Positions 35,411 to 48,382 of a DNA stretch of 64,000 nt are shown one piece after another. Positions within the stretch are counted from its first letter, which is position 1. Each line of letters starts with the position of its first letter. The translations under genes and the position numbers were made by a program. The notes under the pieces were generated by a model, which saw only the letters and a program-made list of their open reading frames with translations, was not told the DNA's origin and searched no databases. Origin of the DNA: Methanoregula sp. (GTDB taxonomy: Archaea; Halobacteriota; Methanomicrobia; Methanomicrobiales; Methanospirillaceae); contig JBDKTL010000030.1 of assembly GCA_039698055.1 (NCBI GenBank), positions 41,862 through 105,861 of the forward strand, given 5' to 3'.

Positions 35411-38400
35411 TTACATGAAATCCGCAAGGCCCAGCTGCTGTTGCTTCTCCTCACCAAACGTGGAGTTGATTGCAAGATCGAGCACCTCGACACGTTGCTT
35501 GGTATACTCAGAAACCTTGTACTTCCTGCAGATATTCCGCGACATTTCCAGATACTTCTTGACCGAGCCTTCATGAACCGTGGGAATGATATTGCCGTTG
35601 CAGATACCTTTGCCCTTAAACTTCGTGCACTTGCCCGCAAGCGGCATACGCCGGTAGCTTGTATTGCATTTCGTGCACCGGAACTTTTGCTTGGAGAACG
35701 CAGAGAGGTTGCCCATCAGGTCCCGGATGAAATGCGTGGTAAGTACCCGCTCTGCAACGTCATCTTCATCCACGGCACGGATTTTTTCGGCGAGCACAAG
35801 TTCTGCTTCGAGTTTCTCAGTCATGGACTTGAGCTGGGTATACATGGACTCAAGCGGACCGGCCGAGATATCGGACGTGTCGTGGGTGTAGTGGAACCCT
35901 TCGAGCTGGGCCGGCGTGCCAATACGGCGTTCGACCCGGTCGATAAGCTGTTCCACATCCTTTGCCTTCGCATACGTCAGCGCCGCTTCGTACAGCTCAA
36001 TGGGGTAGCTGCTCCCCACATCCACGTTCAGGGCTTCCTTATCGATCTCCGCCGGGTCGATCCGGCTGGTCAGCACGAGCGGGGCATCCATCGAACCGCC
36101 CCGGGTCTGGGGCAGGAACGACCGGGAGAAGTTCAGCAGCCCGTCCAAAAGGAGCATGATACAGTCTTCATCCCCGTCGCACTGCCCGGTAAAGATGCCG
36201 TTTGCAGCAAGCGTGTGGTCATCAGCAACTGTTACGCAGTAGACACAATCCTCAGGCGCAGGAACAATCTCTGCTGTCGCGATCCGGTCGGTTATCATGC
36301 ACATGCCTTCGAACACCGGAACCGCATCACCGGCTTTTACCTCCATCGCCATGCATTTCCGCAGATAGCCGGTTTCCCAGACAAGCATCGCATGCTCAGG
36401 AGTAACAACGACCTCCCGGCCCCGGCCGGTCACAAACCGGATCAGGGTTTTTGGCGCACGGTGGATGGAAACTGACGTGATCTTTCGTATGTGCAGGATA
36501 CCGCCTGTATCAACACTCCGGGTGAAACTTGGATGGGCGGGATCGGAGTAGTAGGTACCAAGCCGGTCAAGTTCAGGCCGGCTGATATCAAAGTTCTCCA
36601 GCACAAACGTGCGGATGGGCATGTGTTTCCACTGTTGCCCATCATTGATCTCGATCACGGTATCCCCGTAAAAGCAGTTCCGGCGCTTCGCGGCATGGAA
36701 AAACGGGTGGGCATACCCGACATTTGCGCTGGTGAACCCGACGATACGGGCAAGGACACCGGCACTCGTGTGCGGGGCGAGCCCGATCACGAGATGCCCG
36801 ATGAGGTCGTCCCGGGTTTTAATCTGGTAAAAGGGCGGCAGCCCATAGAGTTTTGTCAACAGATCGTCGATGAACTGCGCTACTTTAATCATGTAATCTG
36901 CGCAGGAGTCTGAAATGAGAAGGTCCTGCGGGCGCAGCTCAAGCACCTGTTTGCCGTTCTGCAGGTCATAACCAAAGGTGTCTTTTACATAACCAAGCGA
37001 GCGGAGTTTTTCAACAGATACTTTCACTTCATCGGGGCGGATGTGCGTGAGGGGAAGGTCGATCATATCAAACCGGGTCGTGCCATCTTTGAAAACAAAA
37101 ATGTCCTGCACCGCCCGGAGAATGCCTTTTTCCATGGCTTCGACCGTCCGCTCCCGGGAGATCACTCCTTTGACTCCCTTCACAAGCGCAATGCTGTCAG
37201 GTCGCAGTCCCAACCGCTCCATCGCTTTGGCATACTCCCCTTTTACGTTCAGGCTGATCCGCTGGCTGCACGTGGCAGGCACATTGCAGTTCGGGCACCG
37301 CTCGGTAGTCAGCTCATGGCCGCATTTCGGGCAGGTGTTGATCGGGATGGTGTGTGCCCCGCATGCAGCGCAGCGGTTAAGGTACGTGATCTCGTTACAA
37401 CTGGTGCAGCGCCGTCGCCCCACTTCAATTTCAATCACGCCGCCTTCTTTCTGGAAATCTATCTCGGTTGCCGTTGCATCGGCATCCTCCAGATGGTTCG
37501 ACGCGGACTGGAACGAGCGGCGGGAACCACCGGACTCGCCAAGCGGGAAGAGCCCGTGCGGTGGCGGGTTCATCTTGCGGGGTTTTGATTTCCCGGGCCG
37601 GCCCATCCTTCCGCCAATCCGGGTCCCGGATCGGGAGCGCATACGGAGCCCGGAGAGGTGCATAACCAGCGCAAGGGAACTGTTCCCGGGTATATCATCT
37701 GTGGCATCGCGGCGGTGCAGGTGTTCGTCGAGCCCGAGACAGGCGATGAATACCCGGTAGTTCCGGATCTGGATATGACCTTCCCGGACTTTATGGGGGA
37801 GCAGCAATTCCTCAAGTATGACTTTTATTGTTTTGTCGTTGGGAAATGAGAGAACGTCGTCCTCAATTTTTCCAGTCGCTGAAACAACTTCTGACAATGC
37901 GCAGATTTGGTCAGCCGTGATGTCGTCCCAGAACCACGTATAGTCCGGGTGGAGATACCCGCCAGTACGTGCAAACGCGAGTGCTTCCTCTTCGTTCTCC
38001 GGAGTTTTTGTGCCGCCGTCAAGCCGCCACCATTCGTCGCAGTAGCCAACCGGGACAAGGGGGTGATTGTTCTCAAGGAAGTCCCCGTACGAGATCAGAA
38101 TCTCGCCGACGTCAATAATTTTTTCTATCCGGGGGATCAGCAACCTGGCAGTCCCGACATCGTCCACCCGGAGCATATCCCCGTTCGTCAGCCGTATAGT
38201 CGGCCCTTCAATGGAGTCCACAGGTACGACACCGCAGGCTTTTCCCGGGCGTTCGGTCTTCATCTGGGTGCCGACCGCCAGAAAATCGCCAAGGATGTGA
38301 AGCGTTGCCGGGTGGAGCCCGGCAGCGGCAAACCCTGTATTCCGTGACCGACCGTACCGGAGCCGGAACCCTCCTTTGCGCATCGGGTAGGCAAAGACCG

Positions 38401-39319
38401 GCCTTCCCCCGATGAGATCGCGGAGATATTTGTCAATGGGCTTGATGCCGGGCGTATGGTCTTCGGTATCGGTTTTTGCCGCTCCGGCGATGAGCTTGTC
38501 CAACCAGTCCCATCCCTCCATCTTCATTTTTTCGACTTTGCTTTTAAGCTTGCGGGCTTTCCCGGCAATACCTTCCGCAAGCACAAGCGCCATGCCGCCC
38601 CGCACCGCGTTTGTCTCCACCCGCTCAAGGTTGCGGTGCCCGGATACCTCCTCTTTTTCTGTCGCTTCGCCATCAATGCAGACCGGACAGTTCTGGACGA
38701 TAAGCCGGATCTCTGCTTCGCTTGGCAGGTACTGGAGGTTCATAATGGTGTTGTACTGCCGGATCTCCTCGATGTAGCGCTCGACTTCTTCCTGCCGGGG
38801 GATATAGCGGTTGATGCCGAGCTGCGTACGGACATAATCCCCGACAAGCACCGACATTGCCTGCGCTGTGCCGCCGGCGCTCCGGATAGGACCAGCGTAA
38901 AAGATCGCGAGGTACTGGCTTCCGTCATCGTTTTTCCCTGTATCGATCTTTGCAATACCTTCCGTGGGAGCGGCCACCACTCCTTCGGTTAACAGCGCCA
39001 TCGCCGTGCGTATCGAGTGGTCAAGAATCTCAGAATTATTTTTTTCCCCGAAACGCCGGGCGACAAAATCGTCGCCAATCCGGAGCGCCACTTCCTCCCG
39101 GGACATCTGCGATTCAAGCTCGCGGATCCGTGCCGCAACTCCCTTGATGCCCAGCAACGCCTCAACACGATCGGCGAGATCGCTTGCGATCGGGATCTCG
39201 ACTTCCATACTTGGATCGATACCTTTCTGTCGCGCCTCATGTGCGATGGCAATCGCATGGTTCAGCCCCTCCATTAACGAATTCCCGTATGCTTCCATAT
39301 CAGGAGAGAGCTTGAGCAT
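35411..39319 (-). CDS. polC: DNA polymerase D large subunit DP2 (intein-containing)
   Basis: [39 protein letters not shown]|C...Q|CDGDED, C-terminal Zn finger and [11 protein letters not shown] box. Confidence 0.97.
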   Translation of the reverse strand: MLKLSPDMEAYGNSLMEGLNHAIAIAHEARQKGIDPSMEVEIPIASDLADRVEALLGIKGVAARIRELESQMSREEVALRIGDDFVARRFGEKNNSEILDHSIRTAMALLTEGVVAAPTEGIAKIDTGKNDDGSQYLAIFYAGPIRSAGGTAQAMSVLVGDYVRTQLGINRYIPRQEEVERYIEEIRQYNTIMNLQYLPSEAEIRLIVQNCPVCIDGEATEKEEVSGHRNLERVETNAVRGGMALVLAEGIAGKARKLKSKVEKMKMEGWDWLDKLIAGAAKTDTEDHTPGIKPIDKYLRDLIGGRPVFAYPMRKGGFRLRYGRSRNTGFAAAGLHPATLHILGDFLAVGTQMKTERPGKACGVVPVDSIEGPTIRLTNGDMLRVDDVGTARLLIPRIEKIIDVGEILISYGDFLENNHPLVPVGYCDEWWRLDGGTKTPENEEEALAFARTGGYLHPDYTWFWDDITADQICALSEVVSATGKIEDDVLSFPNDKTIKVILEELLLPHKVREGHIQIRNYRVFIACLGLDEHLHRRDATDDIPGNSSLALVMHLSGLRMRSRSGTRIGGRMGRPGKSKPRKMNPPPHGLFPLGESGGSRRSFQSASNHLEDADATATEIDFQKEGGVIEIEVGRRRCTSCNEITYLNRCAACGAHTIPINTCPKCGHELTTERCPNCNVPATCSQRISLNVKGEYAKAMERLGLRPDSIALVKGVKGVISRERTVEAMEKGILRAVQDIFVFKDGTTRFDMIDLPLTHIRPDEVKVSVEKLRSLGYVKDTFGYDLQNGKQVLELRPQDLLISDSCADYMIKVAQFIDDLLTKLYGLPPFYQIKTRDDLIGHLVIGLAPHTSAGVLARIVGFTSANVGYAHPFFHAAKRRNCFYGDTVIEINDGQQWKHMPIRTFVLENFDISRPELDRLGTYYSDPAHPSFTRSVDTGGILHIRKITSVSIHRAPKTLIRFVTGRGREVVVTPEHAMLVWETGYLRKCMAMEVKAGDAVPVFEGMCMITDRIATAEIVPAPEDCVYCVTVADDHTLAANGIFTGQCDGDEDCIMLLLDGLLNFSRSFLPQTRGGSMDAPLVLTSRIDPAEIDKEALNVDVGSSYPIELYEAALTYAKAKDVEQLIDRVERRIGTPAQLEGFHYTHDTSDISAGPLESMYTQLKSMTEKLEAELVLAEKIRAVDEDDVAERVLTTHFIRDLMGNLSAFSKQKFRCTKCNTSYRRMPLAGKCTKFKGKGICNGNIIPTVHEGSVKKYLEMSRNICRKYKVSEYTKQRVEVLDLAINSTFGEEKQQQLGLADFM
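36182..36676 (-). other. 165-aa mini-intein in DP2, ending in Gln
   Basis: Interrupts the RRN-CDGDED active site; starts CFYGDT, block B VTPEH, block F VYCVTV, ends IFTGQ/C; no homing endonuclease. Confidence 0.93.
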
Positions 39320-39414
39320 ACCGGTACGATGGTCGGCCGGGAGATTTATCTGTTCGGTTTGGTCTCAGTTATTTTTTAACAGGACCATACTGTTTGTATA
39401 AAAAACGGGCGGGG

Positions 39415-39948
39415 TTATGTATCCGGGTTCTGCTGGAGTGTATCAACCATCGCCGGGAGTCCCGTTTCACCCATCTGCCAGAGCGTAAGCGTTGCACAGG
39501 AACTGATAATCTCGTTTGCGTCCGAAAGCCTGCGGGTGAGAGGCTCAACGGCGGGTTTGCCGATCCTGCAGAGAGCTCTTGAAAAAAATCCCCGCAGGTC
39601 ACGATCATCTGTTGCCATTGCATCGATAAGAGGTTCAATTGCCGGCTCGCCCATCTCACCGAGCGCTGCAGCGGCATACCGTCGGAAATCCCTGTCGGTA
39701 TGCTCCGACATTGCAAAAAGCATTGGCCGGATTGCAGGAGCGCCAATTTTTGACAGGGAGATCGCAGCATACCACCGCTGATCATTATCAGTTGCAGTCG
39801 CAAGTGCGCTTATCAGCGGATCAACTGCGCCTGCCCCGAATCCTGCCAGGGCATGAACCGCAGTATGACGAATGTCGAGAGTGGGATCGTTTAAATCCAG
39901 AATATATTCGCCGATGGTTTTTTTCGAGGTATTTTTTGTTGCATTCAT
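39415..39948 (-). CDS. HEAT-repeat protein
   Basis: Repeated R..AA.AL..IG.PAV.PL units. Confidence 0.85.
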   Translation of the reverse strand: MNATKNTSKKTIGEYILDLNDPTLDIRHTAVHALAGFGAGAVDPLISALATATDNDQRWYAAISLSKIGAPAIRPMLFAMSEHTDRDFRRYAAAALGEMGEPAIEPLIDAMATDDRDLRGFFSRALCRIGKPAVEPLTRRLSDANEIISSCATLTLWQMGETGLPAMVDTLQQNPDT

Positions 39949-40297
39949 GCATATTCCTTCAGGTAATGGTTAAAGCCGGACAAAATATTCCCCGCACACC
40001 TTTGTATTTTTATTGCAGGATCCCTTTGAATCGTTCCATTTGATCGGTGCCACTGCTGATCGATGCCGCTCACCGTACACACATCCCCATCGCACGGAAA
40101 ATGTCCCCGTAACTTTTCACACGCCTTCTCAACCATATTTTCCTTGCCGGAATGCAAACGTCGGCCTCGCAATTTCCCTGTGTGAACTATCCGGCTTTTA
40201 CGATGGCCCGGGTCAGCAGTCACAAACCCGGGAAAAAAGTCGGGCAATCGGGTCATGCCCGGTCCGGGGTAATAATTCCCCCCATCGTGAGACGTTG

Positions 40298-41440
40298 TTA
40301 CGGCACGGTGACCCCAAGCCAGACCGGGATAAAGAGAATGCCAAAAAATATTACCATTAGCGCGAGCCCGATAGGAATGCCGGCTTTTGCCCATTCACGC
40401 ATCGAGATCCCGAGTTTTCCGGCCGCAATAATATTGGGGATGTTGCCGGGAATCAGCATCCCTCCCGATATGAGAAGGGCCAGCAGTGCACCGGTCATCT
40501 GTTCGAGAGAGAGTGCCGGGCTGATCTCTGCTGCGGCAAGCGTTGCGTTGTCAAGCACTGCAGACACCATGTTCACCCAGTACAGGGCTTCTGCCGGAAT
40601 ATGGATGATATATTCAAGAATGAGCGGCTTAAACCCCTCACCGAGGAATACCAATGCCATAATGAACAGGTACACCTTGCCCGCCCGGATCAGCACCTCC
40701 TGAATCTCCTCACGTTCGACAATACATTCAAGGTTGTCATCACCCGTATGATGGCGCAAAAAAAGCACCAGGCCGATGACACCAAGAAGGAAAATAGTGG
40801 GAATGATATAGATTCCCAGTTTTGAAAACAGGAACAGGAAATCCGCATGATAGGGGGCGCCGCTCAGTTTTTGAATGACGATGGTTGAGAGCGGTTCTCC
40901 CAGCGGAGTAAGCCCGGCACCAAGACCAATCGCAAAACAGGCAATAATAGTGATCTCGATTTTTGCCTGCCGGACAATCGGGAGGGCATTAATGATCTCG
41001 ACCAGAATGATCGCAGCAAGGATGGCTGATATGATGCTTGATACAAGACCAAGGACAATGATAAGCATCGGGACAATAACGGTCAGCGGGATTTTGTTGG
41101 TGATGCTGTTGATCCCCTTCTCCAGATGATGATGGAAAAAATAGATCAAAAGCCCCACCAGCAGCACAACCTGGACAATCCCAATAGGCACACCGGCGAT
41201 GTTTCCGACATTAAGCGGGCTTGTCAGCGCTTCAAGGATAATCTTTGGCGTCCACCCAAATGTTTCTCCTGAAACTGAACCAAATCCGGAGATTGTCAGC
41301 GCAGCAACACCGCAGACAAAGAGGAATACTTCGAGATTATATTCAATCTTTTTAATCGTGAACGGCAGGATGAGCACCGTACAAAAAATGAGCAGAAGCC
41401 CGAGATTGACCCAGAGATCCATGAGGTTCACATCCAGCAA
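40298..41440 (-). CDS. DUF1646 family membrane protein (ion-transporter superfamily-like)
   Basis: GAGLTPLGEPLST, SAVLDNATLAAAEI, GGMLIPGNIPNII. Confidence 0.82.
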   Translation of the reverse strand: MLDVNLMDLWVNLGLLLIFCTVLILPFTIKKIEYNLEVFLFVCGVAALTISGFGSVSGETFGWTPKIILEALTSPLNVGNIAGVPIGIVQVVLLVGLLIYFFHHHLEKGINSITNKIPLTVIVPMLIIVLGLVSSIISAILAAIILVEIINALPIVRQAKIEITIIACFAIGLGAGLTPLGEPLSTIVIQKLSGAPYHADFLFLFSKLGIYIIPTIFLLGVIGLVLFLRHHTGDDNLECIVEREEIQEVLIRAGKVYLFIMALVFLGEGFKPLILEYIIHIPAEALYWVNMVSAVLDNATLAAAEISPALSLEQMTGALLALLISGGMLIPGNIPNIIAAGKLGISMREWAKAGIPIGLALMVIFFGILFIPVWLGVTVP

Positions 41441-41793
41441 TCACTGGTTGCCGGTCCGTTACTAAGAATATGCATTCATAAGATTAATGGGTTCTTCTCT
41501 GGATTTGCCTCCTCTCCAGTAGTAAGAAAGTATATATGTTCAACCACTGGTATAGACCAAATAACCAATAATGTCACGGTGAGGATCATGAAGGGAGATA
41601 TCACCGGGTGTATCCGGTCATTGCAGACAACTGCCGTTAACAGGTGCAGGAAGCGGCTCGAAGAGGCTGCACTCAGGGCCCGGAGCCTGATCACAAAGGA
41701 TACCGGTGACACAAAGGCAGAGGATCCCAAGACGACAGATTACGGTGTCACATCCGTTCTGAAACGCAGGCATGGGTTATAGGGGGAAGAAGA

Positions 41794-42114
41794 ATGGATC
41801 AGGAAAAAACATTATTACAGCAGATCCGGGAAAAAGAGCTGGAATACGCAGGAAAAATCGAAGCCGTAAAAACAGAGACCGATGCAGCGATCGCTGCAGC
41901 TGAAAGTGAGGTTGAGAGTCTGCTGTGCACTGCAGACAGTACGGGAAAGATCGAGGCTGAACAGCTCTACAGGCAGGAGATAGAAAAGATCGAGGTGAAG
42001 ATCGATACGCTGAAACGCGAGGCAGCAACGGCAAGGGAGAATGCAGTAATGAAAGGGGAGAAAAACCTGCCCCGCGCCATTACAGCCATTACCAGCTCCG
42101 TGAACATGGAATAA
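41794..42114 (+). CDS. V/A-type ATPase peripheral stalk subunit H(G)-like
   Basis: Charged coiled coil of 106 aa immediately upstream of subunit I. Confidence 0.7.
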   Translation: MDQEKTLLQQIREKELEYAGKIEAVKTETDAAIAAAESEVESLLCTADSTGKIEAEQLYRQEIEKIEVKIDTLKREAATARENAVMKGEKNLPRAITAITSSVNME

Positions 42115-42140
42115 CACTGGTTCATCCCTAAAGAGTTATC

Positions 42141-44078
42141 ATGCTCCAGAAGATGGAACGAATCCAGGTTATCGGCCCAAAAGATGAATTAAACCGCGTA
42201 GTTGACCTGTTGTACTCCTCAGGAACCGTTCATCTCGAAAACGCAAACGAGACCATCAACCCGGACGAGATCCCGTTAATACCAGTTGAACTCGGAGCTG
42301 CGAATGAGATTACCGATGTCCTCTCAAAGATCACGGCAATCTTTGGCACCCTGCCGGTCATTGCAGATAACCCGGCGCACCAGGAGCAGATTCGTGCGGG
42401 TCTTGAAAAAGAAAGTCAGGACCAGATTGTTGGCAGGGCCCGCAGGATAATTGAGGGACTGGAAACAACCACACGGGAACTCTCATCAAAAAAGCGGGAC
42501 CTTGCCCTTTCGGTGACAAACCTTGACAGGTACGCAAAAGTGCTCGCGATCATCCAGCCGGTCGAGAGGGAACTACCATCACTGGAAGGTTTTGAAGTCA
42601 CCATCCTCCTCATCCAGAAAGAGCATAGCGAGGTTCTCGAACTTATACGAAAGGAACTGGAGATCATCACAAAAAACCAGTTCGAGATGACTTCGACCAC
42701 CGTGGACGCCGACACCCTTGCAACCCTGATGGTCTTTAACAAGAAACATTCAGAAGAAGTGCACGCATTCATCTACTCGGTGAACGTGAATGAGGTCCAA
42801 ATCCCCCGGGAGTACGCCGGCAGACCTTTTTTCGAGATGTATGCGATGATCGAGGAGCAGAAGATCCAGGCGCAGAACGGGATTTCTGCCATCGATGAAC
42901 AGCTTGCATCCCTTTCCGTGACCTGGTACCAGGAACTCGTTGTCTTAAAAAAGCAGCTTGAGAACTTCCACGACGAATTCGGGGCGTACCGCAACTTCGG
43001 GCTCTCTGAATATACGTTTGTGATCTCCGGCTGGATCCCACAAAAATCCCTTCCCCGGACACAGGCGGCCTTGCGGGAGCTCTTTGGCAACAAAGTAGTC
43101 GTAAACGTGCTGCGGGTTACCGAAGGGGATATGAATAATGCGCCGGTGTACTATGACAACCCGTCCTGGGTGAAGCCCTTTGAAGTGGTTATGAGCCTCG
43201 TCTCCCTGCCGAAGTATCGTGAGATCGACCCCTCCCCAATCCTTGCAGTCTTTTTCCCGATCTTTTTTGGAATCATGGTCGGCGACATCGGGTACGGGCT
43301 CCTCATCCTCGCTATCGGGCTCATTGTCCGGCACCGTTTCCAAGCGATCGCTTTTGCGCGGAGCCTTGCCGGGATGCTCATTATTTCCTCTGTCCCGGCA
43401 ATCATTTTCGGGTTCATCTTCGGGGAATTCTTTGGGGACCTTGGGGAGCAGATGGGATGGATCCAACCGGTGCAGTTCCTCGGCATTACGTGGAACAGGG
43501 CAGAGGCTATTATCCCGATGCTGATTCTTGCCGTTTCGATTGGCGTTGTCCATGTCTTTTTAGGACTCACTATCGGGATCCGTAATGCCATTATCTTAAA
43601 GAGCCGCAGGCACCTTGCAGAACGCTCGGGCATGCTTCTTGTAATTACCGGCATTATTGTCCTGCTGGTGATGCTGGCCGGTTCCGTGCCCGGAGCGGCG
43701 GTTTACCCGGCGGCAGCCCTCATAATTGCCGGCCTTCCACTTGTCCTGTACGGGGCAGGTGTGTTTGGCACGATCGAAGTCATGAGCACCGTGGGAAATA
43801 TCCTTTCATACGCCCGCTTGATGGCGATCGGTATGGCGTCGGTGATCCTCGCAATGGTCGCGAACAAGCTGAGCGGGGCCTTTGAGATAGCCATAATTGG
43901 TATTATCATTGCCGTTCTGCTTCATATCCTCAATCTCGCGCTTGCCATGTTCAGCCCCTCCATCCATTCCATCCGTCTCCATCTCGTTGAATTCTTTTCA
44001 AAGTTCTACGAGGGCGGCGGTAGTGTGTACCAACCGTTTGCCCGGCCGGTGGCTGACGGGGAGAGGCAAAAAGAGTAG
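42141..44078 (+). CDS. atpI: V/A-type ATP synthase subunit I
   Basis: PKYREIDP, GDIGYG, LSYARLMA (essential Arg), RLHLVEFFSKFY. Confidence 0.95.
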   Translation: MLQKMERIQVIGPKDELNRVVDLLYSSGTVHLENANETINPDEIPLIPVELGAANEITDVLSKITAIFGTLPVIADNPAHQEQIRAGLEKESQDQIVGRARRIIEGLETTTRELSSKKRDLALSVTNLDRYAKVLAIIQPVERELPSLEGFEVTILLIQKEHSEVLELIRKELEIITKNQFEMTSTTVDADTLATLMVFNKKHSEEVHAFIYSVNVNEVQIPREYAGRPFFEMYAMIEEQKIQAQNGISAIDEQLASLSVTWYQELVVLKKQLENFHDEFGAYRNFGLSEYTFVISGWIPQKSLPRTQAALRELFGNKVVVNVLRVTEGDMNNAPVYYDNPSWVKPFEVVMSLVSLPKYREIDPSPILAVFFPIFFGIMVGDIGYGLLILAIGLIVRHRFQAIAFARSLAGMLIISSVPAIIFGFIFGEFFGDLGEQMGWIQPVQFLGITWNRAEAIIPMLILAVSIGVVHVFLGLTIGIRNAIILKSRRHLAERSGMLLVITGIIVLLVMLAGSVPGAAVYPAAALIIAGLPLVLYGAGVFGTIEVMSTVGNILSYARLMAIGMASVILAMVANKLSGAFEIAIIGIIIAVLLHILNLALAMFSPSIHSIRLHLVEFFSKFYEGGGSVYQPFARPVADGERQKE

Positions 44079-44246
44079 TTGATGCCCGGATTTTTATTGC
44101 GTAGTGGTTACCTTTTTAGTGGGGAGAATTGATTGGAAGGGTAAAATCCACGTTTGGTAAAAAGATCATGGAATATTGGAAATTTTGTTATCGGAAATCC
44201 CATTAATTTGACAAAACTTATAGGGAGTTAGTAGTTGGAAAAACGC

Positions 44247-44912
44247 TCACTTCCCCCCACGCAGCTTCTTTTCCTTCGCCTTTTTCTTCTTCCGCTCAAG
44301 GATACTCTTGACCTTCTTGAGCCGGAACAAATCCTCCCGCTCCCGCTCCTCAATGGCATTCTTGATATACTTGGCCTGACTGTTCAGTTCAGGGATAAGG
44401 ATCTGCTCAAGTGCATTCACCCGCCGCCGGTTCATCTGGATCTCGGCTCCGAGCCGGCGCATCGCGGTCTCGGTCTCGGCAAGCCTGATTAACAGGTCGA
44501 GCTCCGCCTCGAATCGCTCTGCGGTCTCATCGATGCGGGCGCTCGTGGTAATGATCCCATAGCCCCGCTCAAGCAAGGTCTTGGACACTCGTTTCTTCTC
44601 AATTACGGGAACGGGAACACCCATGATGTTCTTTCCGGTGATGTCAACGGTGATCGAGCGGCGGGTGGCAAACCCGGCTGACTTGAGGGCGACAGGATCA
44701 TCAGTAGCCTGAGCGATGAGAAGGGCGAGGTCGGATGATTGCGAGATTATCTCAAGCTCGTCCCGCGAGTCAGAAACCGTGGAGAGGATTTTGAAAAACT
44801 CCCGGATCAGGGCATCCATCTTCTCCCGCAGGAGATCACGGCCCTGTTCGGCAAGACGGATCTGTGCCTTCTTCTTCATCAGTTCCATCCGGGTGGGCTT
44901 GACCTGCTCCAT
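44247..44912 (-). CDS. atpD: V/A-type ATP synthase subunit D
   Basis: KPTRMEL, NIMGVPVP, RRRVNALE, EREREDLFRLK. Confidence 0.95.
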   Translation of the reverse strand: MEQVKPTRMELMKKKAQIRLAEQGRDLLREKMDALIREFFKILSTVSDSRDELEIISQSSDLALLIAQATDDPVALKSAGFATRRSITVDITGKNIMGVPVPVIEKKRVSKTLLERGYGIITTSARIDETAERFEAELDLLIRLAETETAMRRLGAEIQMNRRRVNALEQILIPELNSQAKYIKNAIEEREREDLFRLKKVKSILERKKKKAKEKKLRGGK

Positions 44913-44914
44913 AA

Positions 44915-46321
44915 TTATTCTCCCGCAGGCTTCGCGTTGGCTGGATGATATTTCGCGATGTGCTCCCGTTTTATCCGCTTCAGCTCATCCTCAGGAAGGA
45001 TCGCAAAGAGATCCCATGCGATAGCAAGCGTGGTCTCAATCGGGCGATCTTCATCGCTCTGCGTGATGAACTGCTTCTCAAACATATCGGCAAACTTAAG
45101 GTACTTCTTGTCCAGTTCGGTCAGGGCTTCTTCCCCGACGATGGCGACAAGCCGGCGGAGATCGCGGCCATAAGCATAGGAGGCGTAGAGCTGGTCAGCC
45201 ACACCTCTGTGGTCTTCCCGGGTCTTGCCCGGACCGATCCCGAGATTCATGAGCCGGGAGAGACAGGGAAGTGCATCCACCGGCGGGTCGGCACCACGGC
45301 GGAAGAGATCCCGGGAGAGAACAATCTGCCCTTCCGTGATGTATCCCGTCAGGTCGGGGACCGGGTGAGTGATGTCGTCATCGGGCATGGTCAGGATGGG
45401 GATTTGGGTGATAGATCCCTTCCTTCCCTTGAGCCTCCCCGCCCTTTCATAGATGGACGAGAGATCAGTGTACATATATCCGGGATAGCCCCGCCGGCCC
45501 GGGACTTCTTCGCGGGCAGTCGAGATCTCACGCAGCGCTTCGCAGTAATTGATCATGTCCGTCAGGATGACAAGTACGTGCAGGTTATGCGTGAAGGCGA
45601 GGAATTCGGCCACTGCAAGACCACACCGGGGGGCAGAGAGCCGTTCCACCGTCGGGTCGTCTGCGAGGTTCATGAAAAAGACCACACGGTCAAGCGCACC
45701 TGTCTGCTCGAAATCCCGCATGAAAAACGAGGCTTCCTTGTTGGTGATTCCCATCGCTACGAAAACAACAGCGAACTGCTCCCCCTCGCCAAGTACCTTT
45801 GCCTGCCTGGCGATCTGGGCTGCAAGCTTGCTCGCCGGAAGGCCGGCTCCCGAAAAAATCGGCAGCTTCTGGCCCCGGACCAGCGTATTGAGCCCATCGA
45901 TGGCTGACATACCCGTCTGGATAAAGTCAGCCGGCTTGTCGCGGGCCGATGGGTTGATGGGGGTACCGGCGATGTCCAGCACTGCCTCAGGGATGATCTC
46001 CGGGCGGCCGTCCCGAGCCTTCCCGACACCGGTGAAAACACGACCCAGCATATCAAGCGAGACATTGATCCGGGCCGGTTCTCCCATGAACCTGACCGTG
46101 GTTGCGTCTGTGTCGATTCCTCTCGTTCCCTCAAAAACCTGGACTATCGCATGCTCTTCGGAGATATCGAGCACCTGTCCTGTCCGCTCTTCTCCGTTGC
46201 GGAGCGTAATCCTCACCATCTCCCCGTACGCGGCGCCTTTCACGTTATTGACAAAAACAAGGGGACCCGAGACGTAATCGATTGTCCGGTATTCCCGGGT
46301 AACCAGTGATGATGGCGTCAT
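44915..46321 (-). CDS. atpB: V/A-type ATP synthase subunit B
   Basis: [34 protein letters not shown]. Confidence 0.97.
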   Translation of the reverse strand: MTPSSLVTREYRTIDYVSGPLVFVNNVKGAAYGEMVRITLRNGEERTGQVLDISEEHAIVQVFEGTRGIDTDATTVRFMGEPARINVSLDMLGRVFTGVGKARDGRPEIIPEAVLDIAGTPINPSARDKPADFIQTGMSAIDGLNTLVRGQKLPIFSGAGLPASKLAAQIARQAKVLGEGEQFAVVFVAMGITNKEASFFMRDFEQTGALDRVVFFMNLADDPTVERLSAPRCGLAVAEFLAFTHNLHVLVILTDMINYCEALREISTAREEVPGRRGYPGYMYTDLSSIYERAGRLKGRKGSITQIPILTMPDDDITHPVPDLTGYITEGQIVLSRDLFRRGADPPVDALPCLSRLMNLGIGPGKTREDHRGVADQLYASYAYGRDLRRLVAIVGEEALTELDKKYLKFADMFEKQFITQSDEDRPIETTLAIAWDLFAILPEDELKRIKREHIAKYHPANAKPAGE

Positions 46322-48057
46322 TTCTCCACCGCCAGGCTTAAGAGCTGCTGCTCGATATCGGGCGCCATGTTCCGTATTGCCTCGATATCCGTAACATCCT
46401 TCATCCTGCCGATACCCGCCCGGATCGGGAGCGCCTGAACCTGCCGGAGCGTGACGCCGCGGCCCATCGCCACGTTCACGTGCTCGAAATAGGTCATAAT
46501 CACCCTAAGCATCATGTATTGCTTCTCGACAGGACAGAACGAATCGGTATCGCTGTAAGCGCTTTGCTGAAGGAAGTCTTCGCGGATCATCCGGGTCACA
46601 TCAAGAATTGCCTTCTCACTTTCAGGCAGAGCATCGGGGCCGACCAGTTGGACAATCTCCTGCAGCTCAACTTCTTTCTGGAGCAGGTACATCGCCTTAT
46701 CCCTCAGCTCACGCCAGTCATGAGCAATATTTTTCACATACCATTCCGAGATGCTGTCGATATAGAGGGAATAACTCTTGATCCAGTTAACCGACGGGAA
46801 ATGCCGGCGGTAGGCAAGGTTTGTGTCCAGGGCCCAGAAGGTGCCGACAACCCTCAGCGTGTTCTGGGTGATCGGTTCAGAGAAGTCGCCCCCGGCCGGC
46901 GAGACCGCACCTACGACGGTGATCGACCCGTTCCGTTCCCCGGAGCCAAGGCAGACTACTCTCCCTGCCCGCTCGTAGAAGGCGGAGAGCCGGGTCGCGA
47001 GGTAGGCAGGATACCCTTCCTCACCGGGCATCTCCTCGAGCCTGCCCGAGACCTCCCGCAGTGCCTCGCCCCACCGTGAGGTCGAGTCTGCCATCAGCGC
47101 AACATCGTAGCCCATGTCCCGGAAATACTCGGCGATGGTGATCCCCGTGTAGATGGAGGCCTCCCTTGCCGCGACCGGCATGTTGGAGGTGTTGGCAATC
47201 AGGATCGTCCGCTCGATGAGAGGCAGGCCGGTCCGGGGATCGACCAGTTCGGGAAACTCGGCAAGCACATCGGTCATCTCGTTGCCCCGCTCGCCGCACC
47301 CGATGTAGACCACGACCTGCGTATCAGCCCACTTGGCAAGCGTCTGCTCCGAGACCGTCTTGCCAGTCCCAAACCCGCCCGGAATCATCGCCGTACCACC
47401 TTTGGTAACGGGGAAGATGCAGTCAAAGACCCTTTGCCCGGTGATCAGCGGGAGAACGGGATCGAGTTTTTTCGTATGGGGCCGGGGGATCCGCACCGGC
47501 CAGACCTGCATCAGCGACAGCCGGGTCGTTTTGTCAAGTACGCACACAGTCTCTTCGACCGTGAATGATCCGGGCGTAATATCCGTTATTGTGCCTGCGA
47601 CAGCGGGAGGGACGAGGATACAGTGTTCGAAATGGAACTCCTGAACAGTCCCGATGACATCACCTGCAACGACGTGATCACCTTTTTTTTTCGCAGGAAC
47701 AAACTCCCACTTTTTATCCCGGTCAAGACCGGGAGCGTAGATCCCGCGGGCAATGAAGTCACCGCTCTTCTGCATGAGAACAGGGAGAGGTCGCTGAACC
47801 CCGTCATAGATCGATGCGAGGAGACCGGGGCCAAGCTCCACGGAAAGGGGTTGTTCCGTGTTCGCGACCGGTTCACCAATCATCAGGCCGGTTGTATCCT
47901 CATAGACCTGGATAACCGCATCATCACCCTCAAGCCGGATGATCTCGCCCCGGAGGGCTTCGTCCCCCACTTTTACCACGTCATACATCTTCGACCCTTT
48001 CATATCGCGGGCGATGATGACCGGGCCCGAGATTCGTGCAATTGTTCCCGTGATCAT
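46318..48057 (-). CDS. atpA: V/A-type ATP synthase subunit A
   Basis: [28 protein letters not shown]; no intein. Confidence 0.97.
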   Translation of the reverse strand: MITGTIARISGPVIIARDMKGSKMYDVVKVGDEALRGEIIRLEGDDAVIQVYEDTTGLMIGEPVANTEQPLSVELGPGLLASIYDGVQRPLPVLMQKSGDFIARGIYAPGLDRDKKWEFVPAKKKGDHVVAGDVIGTVQEFHFEHCILVPPAVAGTITDITPGSFTVEETVCVLDKTTRLSLMQVWPVRIPRPHTKKLDPVLPLITGQRVFDCIFPVTKGGTAMIPGGFGTGKTVSEQTLAKWADTQVVVYIGCGERGNEMTDVLAEFPELVDPRTGLPLIERTILIANTSNMPVAAREASIYTGITIAEYFRDMGYDVALMADSTSRWGEALREVSGRLEEMPGEEGYPAYLATRLSAFYERAGRVVCLGSGERNGSITVVGAVSPAGGDFSEPITQNTLRVVGTFWALDTNLAYRRHFPSVNWIKSYSLYIDSISEWYVKNIAHDWRELRDKAMYLLQKEVELQEIVQLVGPDALPESEKAILDVTRMIREDFLQQSAYSDTDSFCPVEKQYMMLRVIMTYFEHVNVAMGRGVTLRQVQALPIRAGIGRMKDVTDIEAIRNMAPDIEQQLLSLAVEK

Positions 48058-48061
48058 ATCT

Positions 48062-48382
48062 TCACCTCTTTAAGACGATGTTGTACCCGATTGCCTTGCG
48101 CAGGAGCCGTTCGATATACGTCCGCCGGTCGACCTCTTTTGATTTTGAAGGGAGCGGGATGATGAGCGGGCGGTGCATCTTTTCGATACGGTCCATCATC
48201 TTCTCGTCAAGCGAGAGCATGTACTCCTCGTCAACCGCCACAATCCCGATATCGTCCCGGTAGAGCAGTCCGGGGATCACCTTCTTTGCTTCTTCGCTGG
48301 TTCTGGCCTCAAGCACCTCAGCACCAGCGAGACGGAATCCCGTTGCACGGTCGCTGTCAGTCACAACAACAACCTTATACAT
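48062..48382 (-). CDS. atpF: V/A-type ATP synthase subunit F
   Basis: TGFRLAG...RKAIG. Confidence 0.92.
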   Translation of the reverse strand: MYKVVVVTDSDRATGFRLAGAEVLEARTSEEAKKVIPGLLYRDDIGIVAVDEEYMLSLDEKMMDRIEKMHRPLIIPLPSKSKEVDRRTYIERLLRKAIGYNIVLKR

